Shown here in pieces: positions 1 to 9,677 of a stretch of 64,000 nt of DNA; the stretch's first letter is position 1, and each line of letters opens with the position of its first letter. The position numbers and the translations under genes were made by a program. This stretch comes from an uncultured virus (IMG/VR IMGVR_UViG_2706795104_000001) (lineage: Duplodnaviria > Heunggongvirae > Uroviricota > Caudoviricetes > Herelleviridae): the IMG/VR virus record IMGVR_UViG_2706795104_000001, positions 88,779-152,778 of that record; one strand, given 5' to 3'. The notes below the pieces were generated by a model that searched no databases, was not told the DNA's origin, and was given only the letters and a program-made list of their open reading frames with translations.

Positions 1-8
1 CACAGAAA

Positions 9-2348
9 ATGGCAGAGGTACAAATTATTAACCGAGGTAATTTTATTGAGTTTTACGATCCGAAAAAGGTAGAGAACTATCTTCGTAGGTACACTCCTGA
101 GGGAGTAAACGTAAATAGTATCGTAGGAAGTGTAACAGAGTTCGTAGAGTTAGAGGAGAACGTTACAAGTCTTAAAATCCAACAAGAACTCTACTCTATT
201 ACAGAAGGTTTAATCTCCGTACGTGAGTCGTATTGGCAAGACGTAGCAGGATGTATTAAAGCAGATATCCTACGTAAAGAGGTATACAACAACCGTGGCT
301 TTGAAACTGGTTTAAAACGAGTTCTAGAGTTAGGTTACGAAGGAGAACAGTATGCAGACTTCTTCAAGAAATACTCTGACGAAGAGATTGCAGAGTTAGA
401 AAAACATATTAACGAAGACAATGATTACTTCGTAAACCATGTAGGTGTACATATTGCTTATGACCGTTACACAACTTCAGTTCCAGTTAAGAAAGAACAG
501 AACGGTAAAGAAATCACTGTAGGCGTTAAGAAGATTGAAACACTTCAAGAACGTTACATGATTGTCTCAATGTTCCTACATCAAAACGAAACAAAGGATC
601 GTATTGCAAAAGTTATCAGAGGTTATAATCGTACAGGTGCTACAGACTTCACTCCTGCAACTCCGACATTCATGAATAGCGGCCGACCGAACGGTAACTT
701 ATCATCTTGTTTCGTAGGTATGACAGACGACTCATTAGACGATATCTACCGTGAAGCAGACCAATTTGCGAAGGTTTCTAAAAACGCAGGTGGTTACGGA
801 TTATACTTCGGTAAAGTTCGTTCATTAGGTTCTAGTATTCGTAAGAAGCCAGGTCTAAGTTCAGGTGCAGTACCATTCATGAAACTATTTGATGTAACGG
901 CAGGTACAGTAGACCAGCAGTCAAAACGTCCAGGAGCAGTTACAATCACATTAGATGTGTGGCACCGTGACACTAGTTCATTCTTAAAAACACCTTTAGA
1001 TAACACAGTACTAGAGAAGCAAATGCATAAAATCTTCTTAGCAGTATCTCTCCCTGATTTATTCTTCCGTAAGTTACAGAAGAACGAACAGTGGTACCAA
1101 TTCGATCCGAAAGAAGTACAAGACATCATGGGATGGGGTTTAGAAGACTGCTATGATGAGAGAAAAGATGGTGGAACTTTCTCAGAACGTTATGAGCAAT
1201 GTGTACAAGCATACAAAGCAGGTCACTTACAGTTAGTAACAATTACAAACCCACTTACGATCCTAGCGGAAATTAACAAAACACGTATTGAAAAAGGACA
1301 TCCGTTCTTATTCTTCCGTGATGCAGTTAACCGTGATAATGCGAATGGTGGTATGATTTACTGCTCTAACTTATGTACGGAAATTGCAATCCCAATGTCA
1401 ACTCCTGCAATCGTTACAGAGAAGATTAAGAAAGACGGAGAAGACATCATGGTTCAATATACACGACCAGGTGACATCCCAACTTGTAACTTATCTTCTA
1501 CCAACCTTAGCAAAGTAGCGAAGGTGCGTATCGCAGGTGGAGATTGGAGAGCATACTTAGCAGAACTTATTCCAGTTCAGTACCGTATGTTAGCTAACGT
1601 AGTATTACTAAACGAGCAAGACGAAATGCCACAAACGAAAATCAGTTCTCTTCGTAAGCGTGAAGTAGGATTAGGTACTATGGGTCTAGCTCATGCACTA
1701 GCAATCTCTCACATTGCTATCGACAGTGAAAAAGCTCTTGAATGGCAAAATGAAGTATTCGAAGAAATTGCTTACCAAGTAATTAAAGCAAGTATGGAAC
1801 TAGCGAAAGAAACTGGTGACATCGCTCCTCACTTCCCTAAAACAAAGTGGGCAGATGGTAGCTATATCGAATACAAGTTTAAAGCACACAGTGAAGATAA
1901 AGAACGTTGGGAAGCTCTTAAACAAGACATCATTAAATATGGGCTGTATTCTACAATCCATATGGCTACGGCACCAACTGAAACTATCTCTTACATTGCG
2001 AATACAACGGCAGGTAATGATCCTATCTACGGTAAAGAGTATACGTTAGAGAAAGCAGGAATCAAAACGAACATGGTAGCTCCTGGAATCGGTATGGACA
2101 ACATCTTCTACTACAAAGATGCGTTCATCATCAAGAAGGACATGTTCCTAAAAGGCGTAGGTATTCGTCAACGTTGGATCGACCAATCTATCTCAACTAA
2201 CTTATACTACATCAAGGACAACCTACAAGCATTCGACATGATTCAAGATTATATCACTGCTTGGAAAGAGGGAGCTAAAACAATCTACTACCATCGTTCA
2301 CAAACAACGAAAGCTTACGAGCTTGCTTGTGAGTCATGCGCTGGTTAA
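9..2348 (+). CDS. nrdA: Ribonucleotide reductase class I large (alpha) subunit
   Basis: TPATPTFMN, LSSCF, SNLCTEI, TCNLSS, APTETIS and C-terminal CESC redox pair; class Ia vs Ib not resolved. Confidence 0.95.
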   Translation: MAEVQIINRGNFIEFYDPKKVENYLRRYTPEGVNVNSIVGSVTEFVELEENVTSLKIQQELYSITEGLISVRESYWQDVAGCIKADILRKEVYNNRGFETGLKRVLELGYEGEQYADFFKKYSDEEIAELEKHINEDNDYFVNHVGVHIAYDRYTTSVPVKKEQNGKEITVGVKKIETLQERYMIVSMFLHQNETKDRIAKVIRGYNRTGATDFTPATPTFMNSGRPNGNLSSCFVGMTDDSLDDIYREADQFAKVSKNAGGYGLYFGKVRSLGSSIRKKPGLSSGAVPFMKLFDVTAGTVDQQSKRPGAVTITLDVWHRDTSSFLKTPLDNTVLEKQMHKIFLAVSLPDLFFRKLQKNEQWYQFDPKEVQDIMGWGLEDCYDERKDGGTFSERYEQCVQAYKAGHLQLVTITNPLTILAEINKTRIEKGHPFLFFRDAVNRDNANGGMIYCSNLCTEIAIPMSTPAIVTEKIKKDGEDIMVQYTRPGDIPTCNLSSTNLSKVAKVRIAGGDWRAYLAELIPVQYRMLANVVLLNEQDEMPQTKISSLRKREVGLGTMGLAHALAISHIAIDSEKALEWQNEVFEEIAYQVIKASMELAKETGDIAPHFPKTKWADGSYIEYKFKAHSEDKERWEALKQDIIKYGLYSTIHMATAPTETISYIANTTAGNDPIYGKEYTLEKAGIKTNMVAPGIGMDNIFYYKDAFIIKKDMFLKGVGIRQRWIDQSISTNLYYIKDNLQAFDMIQDYITAWKEGAKTIYYHRSQTTKAYELACESCAG

Positions 2349-2362
2349 TAAGAAATACACTG

Positions 2363-2391
2363 TACAGACTTGCTTCTATAGTAAGTCTGTA
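2363..2391 (+). other. Intergenic hairpin between RNR genes
   Basis: TACAGACTTGC-ttctata-GTAAGTCTGTA inverted repeat. Confidence 0.5.
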
Positions 2392-2433
2392 TTATACTAT
2401 AACTGTGACTATACATATAAAGGAGTTAGAACC

Positions 2434-3564
2434 ATGAAAGCAGAAAATAGAACGAAAATTAAATTACTACAACCGAAGAAGAGTATGTTGTACCCTAGTA
2501 AAATACTAGCAAATGACGGAGTTAATAGTCTGAACTGGAATGATATTCGTTTCCCTCAGTTCCACACGTTCTACGATAAACTGTTAGCTAATTTTTGGCG
2601 TGCAGAATCAGTTAAAATGAGCAAGGATGACCTTGACTATAAATCAGCACCCGAGAAAATTCGTAAAGCATATAACTTAGGATTAGGTAACTTAACTGCA
2701 ATTGATGTTGTTCAGACACGTATGGCAGCTATTCTATCGGCCGCTATTACCGATCCTTCGATTAGTGCATGTTATGCCGTAGCATCACAACAAGAAGCAG
2801 TACATACACAGTCGTATTCGTACGCATTACTGGACAAGTTAGACAAAGCAGAACAGAACCGTATCCTGCGTGAAGCCGTAGCAGACCCTGTAGCGCAAGA
2901 ACGTAATAGCTTAGTAGTAGAAGTCCTAGAAGAGATGGAAGACGCTTATAAGCTTTATGTGTTCAACGAAATGACTGCTCATGAGTTCTCTAAATACCTA
3001 GCACGAGGACTAATTGCAATGTCAGTATTAGAAGGAGTAAACTTCTATTCTACATTTATGATGTTCTACTACATCCAACACCGTTATAGTATCCTAGATG
3101 GTACTGTAAGTATCATTCGTTACATCCATAAAGATGAGTTCCAACATACTTACCTGAATGGTCATACACACCGTGCTCTATTAACGGATTACAAAATGAC
3201 AGAAGAGGAAGAAGCAGAACACATCGAGTGGGCTACTAACTTTATCAAGGAGAACGTAAAGCGTGAGATTGCTTACGGATTGGATTTATTCACTACAATC
3301 AACGTACGTCCTACAGAGATAGAAACATATATTACTTGGTTAGGTAATGTACGTGCTCAATCTCTAGGTCTACCATTACCGTTCCCTGATGAGAAGTTCG
3401 CTGCTAACGAGAACCCGATCCCTTGGATGAAAGCATTTGACGATAGCCGTTTAGACTCAGGACAGAAGCAAGACTTCTTCGAGAAGACCGTAACGCAATA
3501 CGAACAGGCAAGTGCAACCAATACAGAAATGAACGTAACAGATATCAGCAAGCTACAGTTCTAA
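2434..3564 (+). CDS. nrdB: Ribonucleotide reductase class I small (beta) subunit
   Basis: FW, EAVH..SY radical Tyr, LEG..FY, DEFQH metal ligands, DFFE tail; start moved to ATG 2434 after AAGGAG. Confidence 0.93.
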   Translation: MKAENRTKIKLLQPKKSMLYPSKILANDGVNSLNWNDIRFPQFHTFYDKLLANFWRAESVKMSKDDLDYKSAPEKIRKAYNLGLGNLTAIDVVQTRMAAILSAAITDPSISACYAVASQQEAVHTQSYSYALLDKLDKAEQNRILREAVADPVAQERNSLVVEVLEEMEDAYKLYVFNEMTAHEFSKYLARGLIAMSVLEGVNFYSTFMMFYYIQHRYSILDGTVSIIRYIHKDEFQHTYLNGHTHRALLTDYKMTEEEEAEHIEWATNFIKENVKREIAYGLDLFTTINVRPTEIETYITWLGNVRAQSLGLPLPFPDEKFAANENPIPWMKAFDDSRLDSGQKQDFFEKTVTQYEQASATNTEMNVTDISKLQF

Positions 3565-3590
3565 GAGAGGAAATTTCCTCTCTTTTTTTT
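3564..3590 (+). terminator. Rho-independent terminator
   Basis: AGAGAGGAAA-TTTCCTCTCT followed by T-run. Confidence 0.85.
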
Positions 3591-3601
3591 TATTTTTATT
3601 G

Positions 3602-3631
3602 TTGACTATTGGACAACTCACATGTTATAGT
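3602..3631 (+). promoter_or_regulatory. sigmaA-type early promoter
   Basis: TTGACT-N18-TATAGT with TG extension. Confidence 0.75.
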
Positions 3632-3664
3632 AATTATAGAAGTTAAGAAAAGGAGTTGTTACAA

Positions 3665-3907
3665 ATGAAAGTATTAACGAAAGAGCGTTACGGTAACTTT
3701 GAAGTGTTCACAGAAAATTTTAGTATGGAAGTGTCCATACACATTGAGACAGGTATAGTGAACAAAGTAGAAATCAGTGAATCGGCTTTGTTCAACCAAG
3801 CAGTAACGATCCAAGAACTAGATTCATTTGTTGGTAAGGCAAGAGCAGAGTACCGCAAGTTTATGGGTAAGAAATACGTAGATAAGTTTACTATAGGAGG
3901 AGAATAA
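3665..3907 (+). CDS. Hypothetical protein
   Basis: ORF with AGGAG RBS. Confidence 0.7.
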   Translation: MKVLTKERYGNFEVFTENFSMEVSIHIETGIVNKVEISESALFNQAVTIQELDSFVGKARAEYRKFMGKKYVDKFTIGGE

Positions 3908-3908
3908 T

Positions 3909-4226
3909 ATGAAAATGCCTTGGGAATGTGAAGATTGTGGTCATAAAGAATTAGCAAGTCCGTTTATGACATTCGTGTTATGTCCTGAATGTGATTCTAT
4001 AAACTTCTTCCACGGTTCGATAATCGAGGAAGAGGAAGAAGAAGTGGACGAGCATGTAACTGTCTTCGAGGATCAATACGGAGAGAAGATTACAGTTGTA
4101 AACGAGATAGATGACGAGGGTGACATTAACTTGTTACCTTCCGATAGAAACTTATTTTTTAGTAAAGAAGAAGCTATTGAACTAGCAAAACATATTTTAA
4201 GAATTTGTGGGGAGGATTCGGAATGA
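3909..4226 (+). CDS. Hypothetical Zn-ribbon protein
   Basis: CEDC and CPEC motifs, acidic linker; GGAGG RBS. Confidence 0.7.
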   Translation: MKMPWECEDCGHKELASPFMTFVLCPECDSINFFHGSIIEEEEEEVDEHVTVFEDQYGEKITVVNEIDDEGDINLLPSDRNLFFSKEEAIELAKHILRICGEDSE

Positions 4227-4372
4227 AACTGAAGCATTTAGTACTCGATTACATTAATACGATTAAAAATCGAGACTGCCACCATTACGTTTCATACTCG
4301 TATCATGAACTGGATAAGAAAGCTCGTGAAATTGAAGAAAAAATCATGGAAAAATTAGAGGAGGAAGAGTAA
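4223..4372 (+). CDS. Small hypothetical protein (49 aa, not in ORF track)
   Basis: GGAGG RBS, ATGA overlap, fills the gap exactly (MKLKHLVLDY...). Confidence 0.65.
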   Translation: MKLKHLVLDYINTIKNRDCHHYVSYSYHELDKKAREIEEKIMEKLEEEE

Positions 4373-4373
4373 A

Positions 4374-5135
4374 ATGAAAACAGTAGATTTAAGCGTAACA
4401 GGTATGAGTTGGATGGAAGAGAGAACAATCTTATTAACACCGTATGGTAGCCGTTTATACGGAACGGACACAGAGAACTCGGATTGGGATTTCAAAGGAG
4501 TTTGTATCCCACCAAAAGAGTACTTCTTAGGACTAGAGACATTTAATGAGTATAACAACACTGGTGGTAAAACATTCAAGAACACGAAGGACGATGTTGA
4601 CATCAATATCATTCATGTAAGTAAGTTCGTAAAAGATGCTATGCACGGAGTACCGAATAACATCGAAGTATTATTTGCTAGAGAGCAAGACTATATCATC
4701 TTGACTGAACTTGGACAAGTCCTACGTGATAACCGACACCTGTTCCTATCAAAACAAATCATCACGAAGTTTGGAGGGTACACACGATCCTTAACAAACA
4801 AGCTGAAGAATGGTGCAGGTCGTCAAGAGTTAGTCGAAGAGTTTGGTTATGATACAAAGAACTTTATGCAAGGTGTACGACTACAGTTGTCTGCAATCGA
4901 AATCCTAGAAACAGGTGATTACAGTACATACCGTCCTGAGCGTGACTTCTTACTAGGATGTCGAAACGGGGAATACACTCGTGAGCAAGCACTAGCATTA
5001 GTAGAATCATATGATGAGAGGTTACAAGTAGCGCACGAGAATTCGAAGCTGCCTGAGAAACCTGACTATAACAAAATCAACGGTATGTTAATGGCTATCA
5101 ATGAAGACGCATTGAAGTTTGGTATCCACTCATGA
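4374..5135 (+). CDS. Pol-beta superfamily nucleotidyltransferase (YcgL/RlaP-like)
   Basis: GSRLYGT...SDWDFKGV signature. Confidence 0.85.
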   Translation: MKTVDLSVTGMSWMEERTILLTPYGSRLYGTDTENSDWDFKGVCIPPKEYFLGLETFNEYNNTGGKTFKNTKDDVDINIIHVSKFVKDAMHGVPNNIEVLFAREQDYIILTELGQVLRDNRHLFLSKQIITKFGGYTRSLTNKLKNGAGRQELVEEFGYDTKNFMQGVRLQLSAIEILETGDYSTYRPERDFLLGCRNGEYTREQALALVESYDERLQVAHENSKLPEKPDYNKINGMLMAINEDALKFGIHS

Positions 5136-5374
5136 GCGTAATGTACGTGTGGGACATACTGTATAAGCAAGGTGAGAAGGTAAAGTCTGTTACATTAAAT
5201 GGGATCAATCCTATTAAAGTAGTAGAGACCCTACAACGTATCCAGTACGATAAGAGTAAGAGGATAGTAGTTTACTGCGTGGATGCAGTAGGACACATCA
5301 ATAAATCGACTGGTGAGATTGTAACACTACCGTTAATGTTCGAAGGTAAGAAAGCAAAATATAGTACTAAGTAG
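5132..5374 (+). CDS. Hypothetical protein
   Basis: ORF coupled to upstream gene (ATGA). Confidence 0.6.
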   Translation: MSVMYVWDILYKQGEKVKSVTLNGINPIKVVETLQRIQYDKSKRIVVYCVDAVGHINKSTGEIVTLPLMFEGKKAKYSTK

Positions 5375-5402
5375 AGCAGGTTTCCACAACCTGTTCTTTT
5401 TT
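5373..5402 (+). terminator. Rho-independent terminator
   Basis: AGAGCAGGTT/AACCTGTTCT stem plus T-run. Confidence 0.7.
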
Positions 5403-5524
5403 CTGTTTATGGTATAATGAAGGTAACGGTATACCATTGCTTGTGAAGTCTGAAAATTCAGAATTGGAGAGATAAAAATGGGACATAGAAAATGGCAAGA
5501 AGAAATTGGACGAGGTGAAATCTA

Positions 5525-6283
5525 ATGGCTAGAAAGAAATCATTAAATATTTTTAATACAGATAGAGCATATAATATTAACTTAACTACAGTACAAGAGG
5601 AAGGTAGTTTTATTAAAGTTACACGACTAAACGAAAAAGAGATTGAACGAGAGATGGACAAGTTAAAAGAAGAGTCTACCCGATTCAGTCTACGTAACGA
5701 TAAAAAGTATCTGCTATTCAAAGAGCGATATTCGAATGACACACTATATGAGAAGGTTATTAATCACGGTGGTTACATTAAGTATTACAGTGACGGTAGA
5801 GTCCCGATCCCTGTTATCAATCAATTATCCAGTGTACCTCAATCAGAAGTTATTTACATGTGTAAGAAGGATCATAAAATTGACGATGTATTGAATGTAC
5901 AATTAGCATCTATGGCAACGAGTGTCGTAATTGATGTACCAATTGTACTTCCCGATATTAACATTTACGATTACTTATTCTCACTGTATCCTTTGCGATA
6001 CCATGTTGATAAAGTTAGGCTTTCGTTCCCTCCTTTACGAGAGGATGAGATACAGGATCGACATAAAGAGTATTACGCATTCTACAACGGTATGTATCAT
6101 CTCAAATCAGAGTATAAATACAAATGCTTCTGCTACCTACAGGAACCCTTATCTACGTGGAAAATGAATATATGGGTTGTATGTGATTCGAAGAAAGATA
6201 GAAAGATGGTAGAGGATTTAGTACTAAAAGACAACAAACGTTTTAGACGTATGGAGAATCCTTTCGTAACGGAGGGAAATTAA
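5525..6283 (+). CDS. Hypothetical protein
   Basis: 252 aa ORF with GAGGTG RBS. Confidence 0.75.
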   Translation: MARKKSLNIFNTDRAYNINLTTVQEEGSFIKVTRLNEKEIEREMDKLKEESTRFSLRNDKKYLLFKERYSNDTLYEKVINHGGYIKYYSDGRVPIPVINQLSSVPQSEVIYMCKKDHKIDDVLNVQLASMATSVVIDVPIVLPDINIYDYLFSLYPLRYHVDKVRLSFPPLREDEIQDRHKEYYAFYNGMYHLKSEYKYKCFCYLQEPLSTWKMNIWVVCDSKKDRKMVEDLVLKDNKRFRRMENPFVTEGN

Positions 6284-6284
6284 G

Positions 6285-6584
6285 ATGGTTGTGAATAGAA
6301 AAGAGATTGCAAGACGTGCGGCCCACATCGGTAACTACGACATTGGTGGGACGGAAGAACTAACAAAGATAATCGAAGACGTGATTGTTAACGCTCTAGC
6401 AAATGGAGAGAGTGTGAAGTTCGGTAAAGTATGTAAATGGGAGATCGAGGAAGTACCTAAGAAGAAAGCATATGACGGTCTAAATAAAAAGTATTTTACT
6501 AGACCAGCGAAACGCATACCGAAATACAAACCGTTAAAACGGATTACGGACATCGAGCTACCAGTACAAAAGAAAGAGGAGTAA
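6285..6584 (+). CDS. HU/IHF-like DNA-binding protein (TF1-like)
   Basis: NRKEIA, L..GESVKF, PAKRIPKYKP: HU-fold pattern. Confidence 0.85.
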   Translation: MVVNRKEIARRAAHIGNYDIGGTEELTKIIEDVIVNALANGESVKFGKVCKWEIEEVPKKKAYDGLNKKYFTRPAKRIPKYKPLKRITDIELPVQKKEE

Positions 6585-6602
6585 CGATCCTCTTTTTTCT
6601 TT
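6573..6602 (+). terminator. Rho-independent terminator
   Basis: AAGAGGA/TCCTCTT stem plus T-run. Confidence 0.7.
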
Positions 6603-6613
6603 GTAATTTATTG

Positions 6614-6642
6614 TTGACTTATAGACAAAGTTACAGTAATAT
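6614..6642 (+). promoter_or_regulatory. sigmaA-type early promoter of the methyltransferase cluster
   Basis: TTGACT-N17-TAATAT. Confidence 0.75.
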
Positions 6643-6685
6643 TATCTACAGATACAGAATACACTATTAAGTTGAGGAGGTAATC

Positions 6686-7708
6686 ATGGACGAGCTAAGA
6701 GTAGTAGAACTGTTTGCAGGATACGGTAGCCAATCAATGGCACTGAAACGAGCAAACATCAATTATAAAACTGTAGCGATTGCAGAGATTGATAAGGACG
6801 CATTAATCTCTTATGAAGCAATCCACGGCAAACCAAACAACCTAGGAGACATCACACAGGTAAAAGGAGAGGACGTTCCTGACCATGACTTCCTGACATA
6901 CTCATTCCCTTGTACAGACATTTCTGTATCAGGTGCAATGAAAGGTCTATTGGAAGGTTCGGGTACAAGCTCTAGTACGTTATGGGATGTAAAGAGAGTA
7001 ATAGAAACGAAGAAACCTAGATTCCTAATGATGGAAAATGTAGACAACCTTGTTATCAAATTCATGGACGATTACTTAATGTGGTTAGGATTCTTGAAGT
7101 ATCAAGGATACACAACAACATGGAGAGTCATTGACGCATCTCCTTACGTACCACAAAGACGTAAGCGTGTTATAGCAATCTCTCAGTTAGGAAAACAAGG
7201 ATTCGTATTCCCTGAAGACCCTACAGAGCGTACATACGACCTGATAGATGTACTAGAAGAGTTTGACGATGCAGAAGCATTAGAGAGCTTTAAAGACCCT
7301 ACAGTGCGAAGCTATACAGTAGACCCAGTTACATATTATAACCCAAACTCAGATTACTATAAACTGCAACCTGAGAATAGTAGAGCGTCATTTATCGGGT
7401 ACATAGGAAACCAACCGAAACAGGCTACAAGAGTATATGAACCTATTACGGCTTCAACACTGACTGCTAATGGTGGCGGCCAAGGTGGAAAGACAGGTCT
7501 GTATCATCTAGGTACACATATCCGAAACCTCAGTCCATTAGAAGCGTGGCGCATCATGGGTGTGAGTGACGAGGACTTTTACAAAGCAAAAGCGACAGGT
7601 ATCAAGAAGACCCAACTACTACGTCAAGCAGGTAACTCTATTGTAGTTGATATCATGGTACCGATATTTGAAAAGCTCTTTAAAGATTATATGAAGGAGA
7701 CAAACTAA
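6686..7708 (+). CDS. DNA (cytosine-5)-methyltransferase 1
   Basis: Motifs I FAGYG, IV FPC, VI ENV, VIII QRRKR, X QAGNS. Confidence 0.93.
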   Translation: MDELRVVELFAGYGSQSMALKRANINYKTVAIAEIDKDALISYEAIHGKPNNLGDITQVKGEDVPDHDFLTYSFPCTDISVSGAMKGLLEGSGTSSSTLWDVKRVIETKKPRFLMMENVDNLVIKFMDDYLMWLGFLKYQGYTTTWRVIDASPYVPQRRKRVIAISQLGKQGFVFPEDPTERTYDLIDVLEEFDDAEALESFKDPTVRSYTVDPVTYYNPNSDYYKLQPENSRASFIGYIGNQPKQATRVYEPITASTLTANGGGQGGKTGLYHLGTHIRNLSPLEAWRIMGVSDEDFYKAKATGIKKTQLLRQAGNSIVVDIMVPIFEKLFKDYMKETN

Positions 7709-7709
7709 T

Positions 7710-8375
7710 ATGACAAAAAAGAAACTAAAGGTATTAGAACTTTTTGCAGGAACCAGGTCAGTAGGTAAGGCATTCGAAGCACAAGGACATGAGGTATATA
7801 GTGTTGAGTGGGATCAAAAGCACCCAGGAATCCATTGGTACGCAGACATTTCTAAAATCACTGCACAAGAGATTATTGAACGATTCGGAAAACCTGATAT
7901 CATTTGGGCTAGTCCTGATTGTACAAGCTACTCAGTAGCAGGTATCTCGCATCACCGTAGAAAAGACGATGACGGTAACTTACGTCCTATTAGTGAGTAT
8001 GCCCAATTCTGCGACACTACAAACCAACACGTAGTAGATTTAATTCGTGAACTTCAACCGAAGTATTACTTCATTGAGAATCCTCGTGGTGGAATGAGAA
8101 AGATGAACTTCATGCAGGATGACGCTCTACCGAATGGTGGTAAACGTCATACAGTTACATATTGCCAGTATGGTGACACTCGAATGAAACCGACTGATTT
8201 ATGGACTAACCACCCTGATCCGAAATTTAAAGCTCCATGTAAAAACGGTGCTCCTTGCCACGTAGCAGCACCTCGTGGAAGCGCAACAGGTACGCAAGGT
8301 ATAAAAGGGTCTGTAGACCGTTCACGCATCCCTGAGGAGCTATGCAACCACGTAGCGAAGATTTCTGAGGAGTAA
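7710..8375 (+). CDS. Short C5-type DNA methyltransferase 2
   Basis: LELFAG, DIIWASPDC, IENP; no long target-recognition region. Confidence 0.75.
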   Translation: MTKKKLKVLELFAGTRSVGKAFEAQGHEVYSVEWDQKHPGIHWYADISKITAQEIIERFGKPDIIWASPDCTSYSVAGISHHRRKDDDGNLRPISEYAQFCDTTNQHVVDLIRELQPKYYFIENPRGGMRKMNFMQDDALPNGGKRHTVTYCQYGDTRMKPTDLWTNHPDPKFKAPCKNGAPCHVAAPRGSATGTQGIKGSVDRSRIPEELCNHVAKISEE

Positions 8376-8420
8376 GCAATAGGGCACCGTAATGGTGCCT
8401 TTATTTATTGGAGGTAATCT

Positions 8421-9404
8421 ATGACAAAACTAAAACTAGTAAGTTTATTTAGTGGTATCGGGGCATTCGAGAAAGCGTTAGAAATACTAGGGGTTGACTA
8501 CGAGTTAGTAGCGTTCTCCGAAATAGACACGTATGCAATCCAATCCTATTGTGCGATACACAATATATTTTCCACCAAGAACTTAGGAGACATCAAGAAA
8601 GTAGATTATAGTAGTGTCCCTGACTTCGACCTAATGACGTACGGATTCCCGTGTCAGGATATATCGTCAGGAGGTAGGGAAGCAGGACTAGCAGAAGGTA
8701 GTAACACTCGTTCTAGTACGTTATGGGACGCTATGAATCTAGCCAACACAAAGAAACCAAAGTATATGATTGCAGAGAACGTGAAGAATCTACTCAGTCC
8801 GAAATTCAAGAACGACTTTGACAAATGGATGAAACGTTTAGACCAGATGGGGTACAACACATACTACTCAGTTATCAACGCTAAAGATTTTGTACCACAG
8901 AATCGGGAGAGAGTATTCGTAGTGAGTATTCGAAAAGATGTAGATAAAGGGGACTTCACATTCCCTACAGACTATGTATCCCTTACAAGATTACACAATA
9001 TCATGGAAACAGATATACTGACTAAATATTATTTACGTGATGAGATTCAGCAGCGACTAGACTTCGATGCAGATGGTTGGGTTAGTCCCGAGAACACGAA
9101 TGAAATTTTACGGATCGGTCAAGTATCTAGTAAAAAGAGTCAAGCAGGAACTGTGTACCACTCGGACGGAATATTCCCTACAGTATGTGCAGGTACTCAC
9201 GGGTACGCAATGGGTTACGTATTCGAAACTTCTACAAAACTAGCAAGGAGAATAACACCATTAGAAGCGTGGAAACTAATGGGGTTCTCGGAAGAGGATT
9301 ACCAAAAGGTTAGAGATATAATGAGTGATACGCAACTGTATAAGCAAGCAGGAAATTCTATCGTAGTCGATGTTGCAGTAGCATTACTACGTCAACTATT
9401 CTAG
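8421..9404 (+). CDS. DNA (cytosine-5)-methyltransferase 3
   Basis: FSGIG, GFPCQ, ENV, QNRER, YKQAGNS; paralog of MTase 1 with a different variable region. Confidence 0.93.
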   Translation: MTKLKLVSLFSGIGAFEKALEILGVDYELVAFSEIDTYAIQSYCAIHNIFSTKNLGDIKKVDYSSVPDFDLMTYGFPCQDISSGGREAGLAEGSNTRSSTLWDAMNLANTKKPKYMIAENVKNLLSPKFKNDFDKWMKRLDQMGYNTYYSVINAKDFVPQNRERVFVVSIRKDVDKGDFTFPTDYVSLTRLHNIMETDILTKYYLRDEIQQRLDFDADGWVSPENTNEILRIGQVSSKKSQAGTVYHSDGIFPTVCAGTHGYAMGYVFETSTKLARRITPLEAWKLMGFSEEDYQKVRDIMSDTQLYKQAGNSIVVDVAVALLRQLF

Positions 9405-9425
9405 AGGGAGCAATCCCTCTTTTTT
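9403..9425 (+). terminator. Rho-independent terminator
   Basis: AGAGGGA-gcaa-TCCCTCT plus T-run. Confidence 0.85.
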
Positions 9426-9440
9426 GTGTCTATTATATTG

Positions 9441-9469
9441 TTGACTTATAGTATATGATATAGTAAGAT
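9441..9469 (+). promoter_or_regulatory. sigmaA-type promoter
   Basis: TTGACT-N17-TAAGAT. Confidence 0.7.
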
Positions 9470-9502
9470 TAGAGAAGATTATATGAAGGAGGAGGGGAAA
9501 AT

Positions 9503-9658
9503 ATGCCTAAGTTTTTACTGCTTTTATTTTGCGCATTACTTTTTGCAGGAGGGACAGACGACTGGATTAAGGGTAACACACCGTCAGCCGTGTTCTTCTT
9601 TATTGTAGGTGCAGGAGTATCCTACCACTTGTTCTTCCGATTCCTAGATGAACAATAA
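9503..9658 (+). CDS. Small membrane protein (51 aa, not in ORF track)
   Basis: GGAGGAGGGG RBS; two hydrophobic segments (MPKFLLLLFCALLFAG...). Confidence 0.65.
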   Translation: MPKFLLLLFCALLFAGGTDDWIKGNTPSAVFFFIVGAGVSYHLFFRFLDEQ

Positions 9659-9677
9659 TAAATAAGGAGGACGTAAC

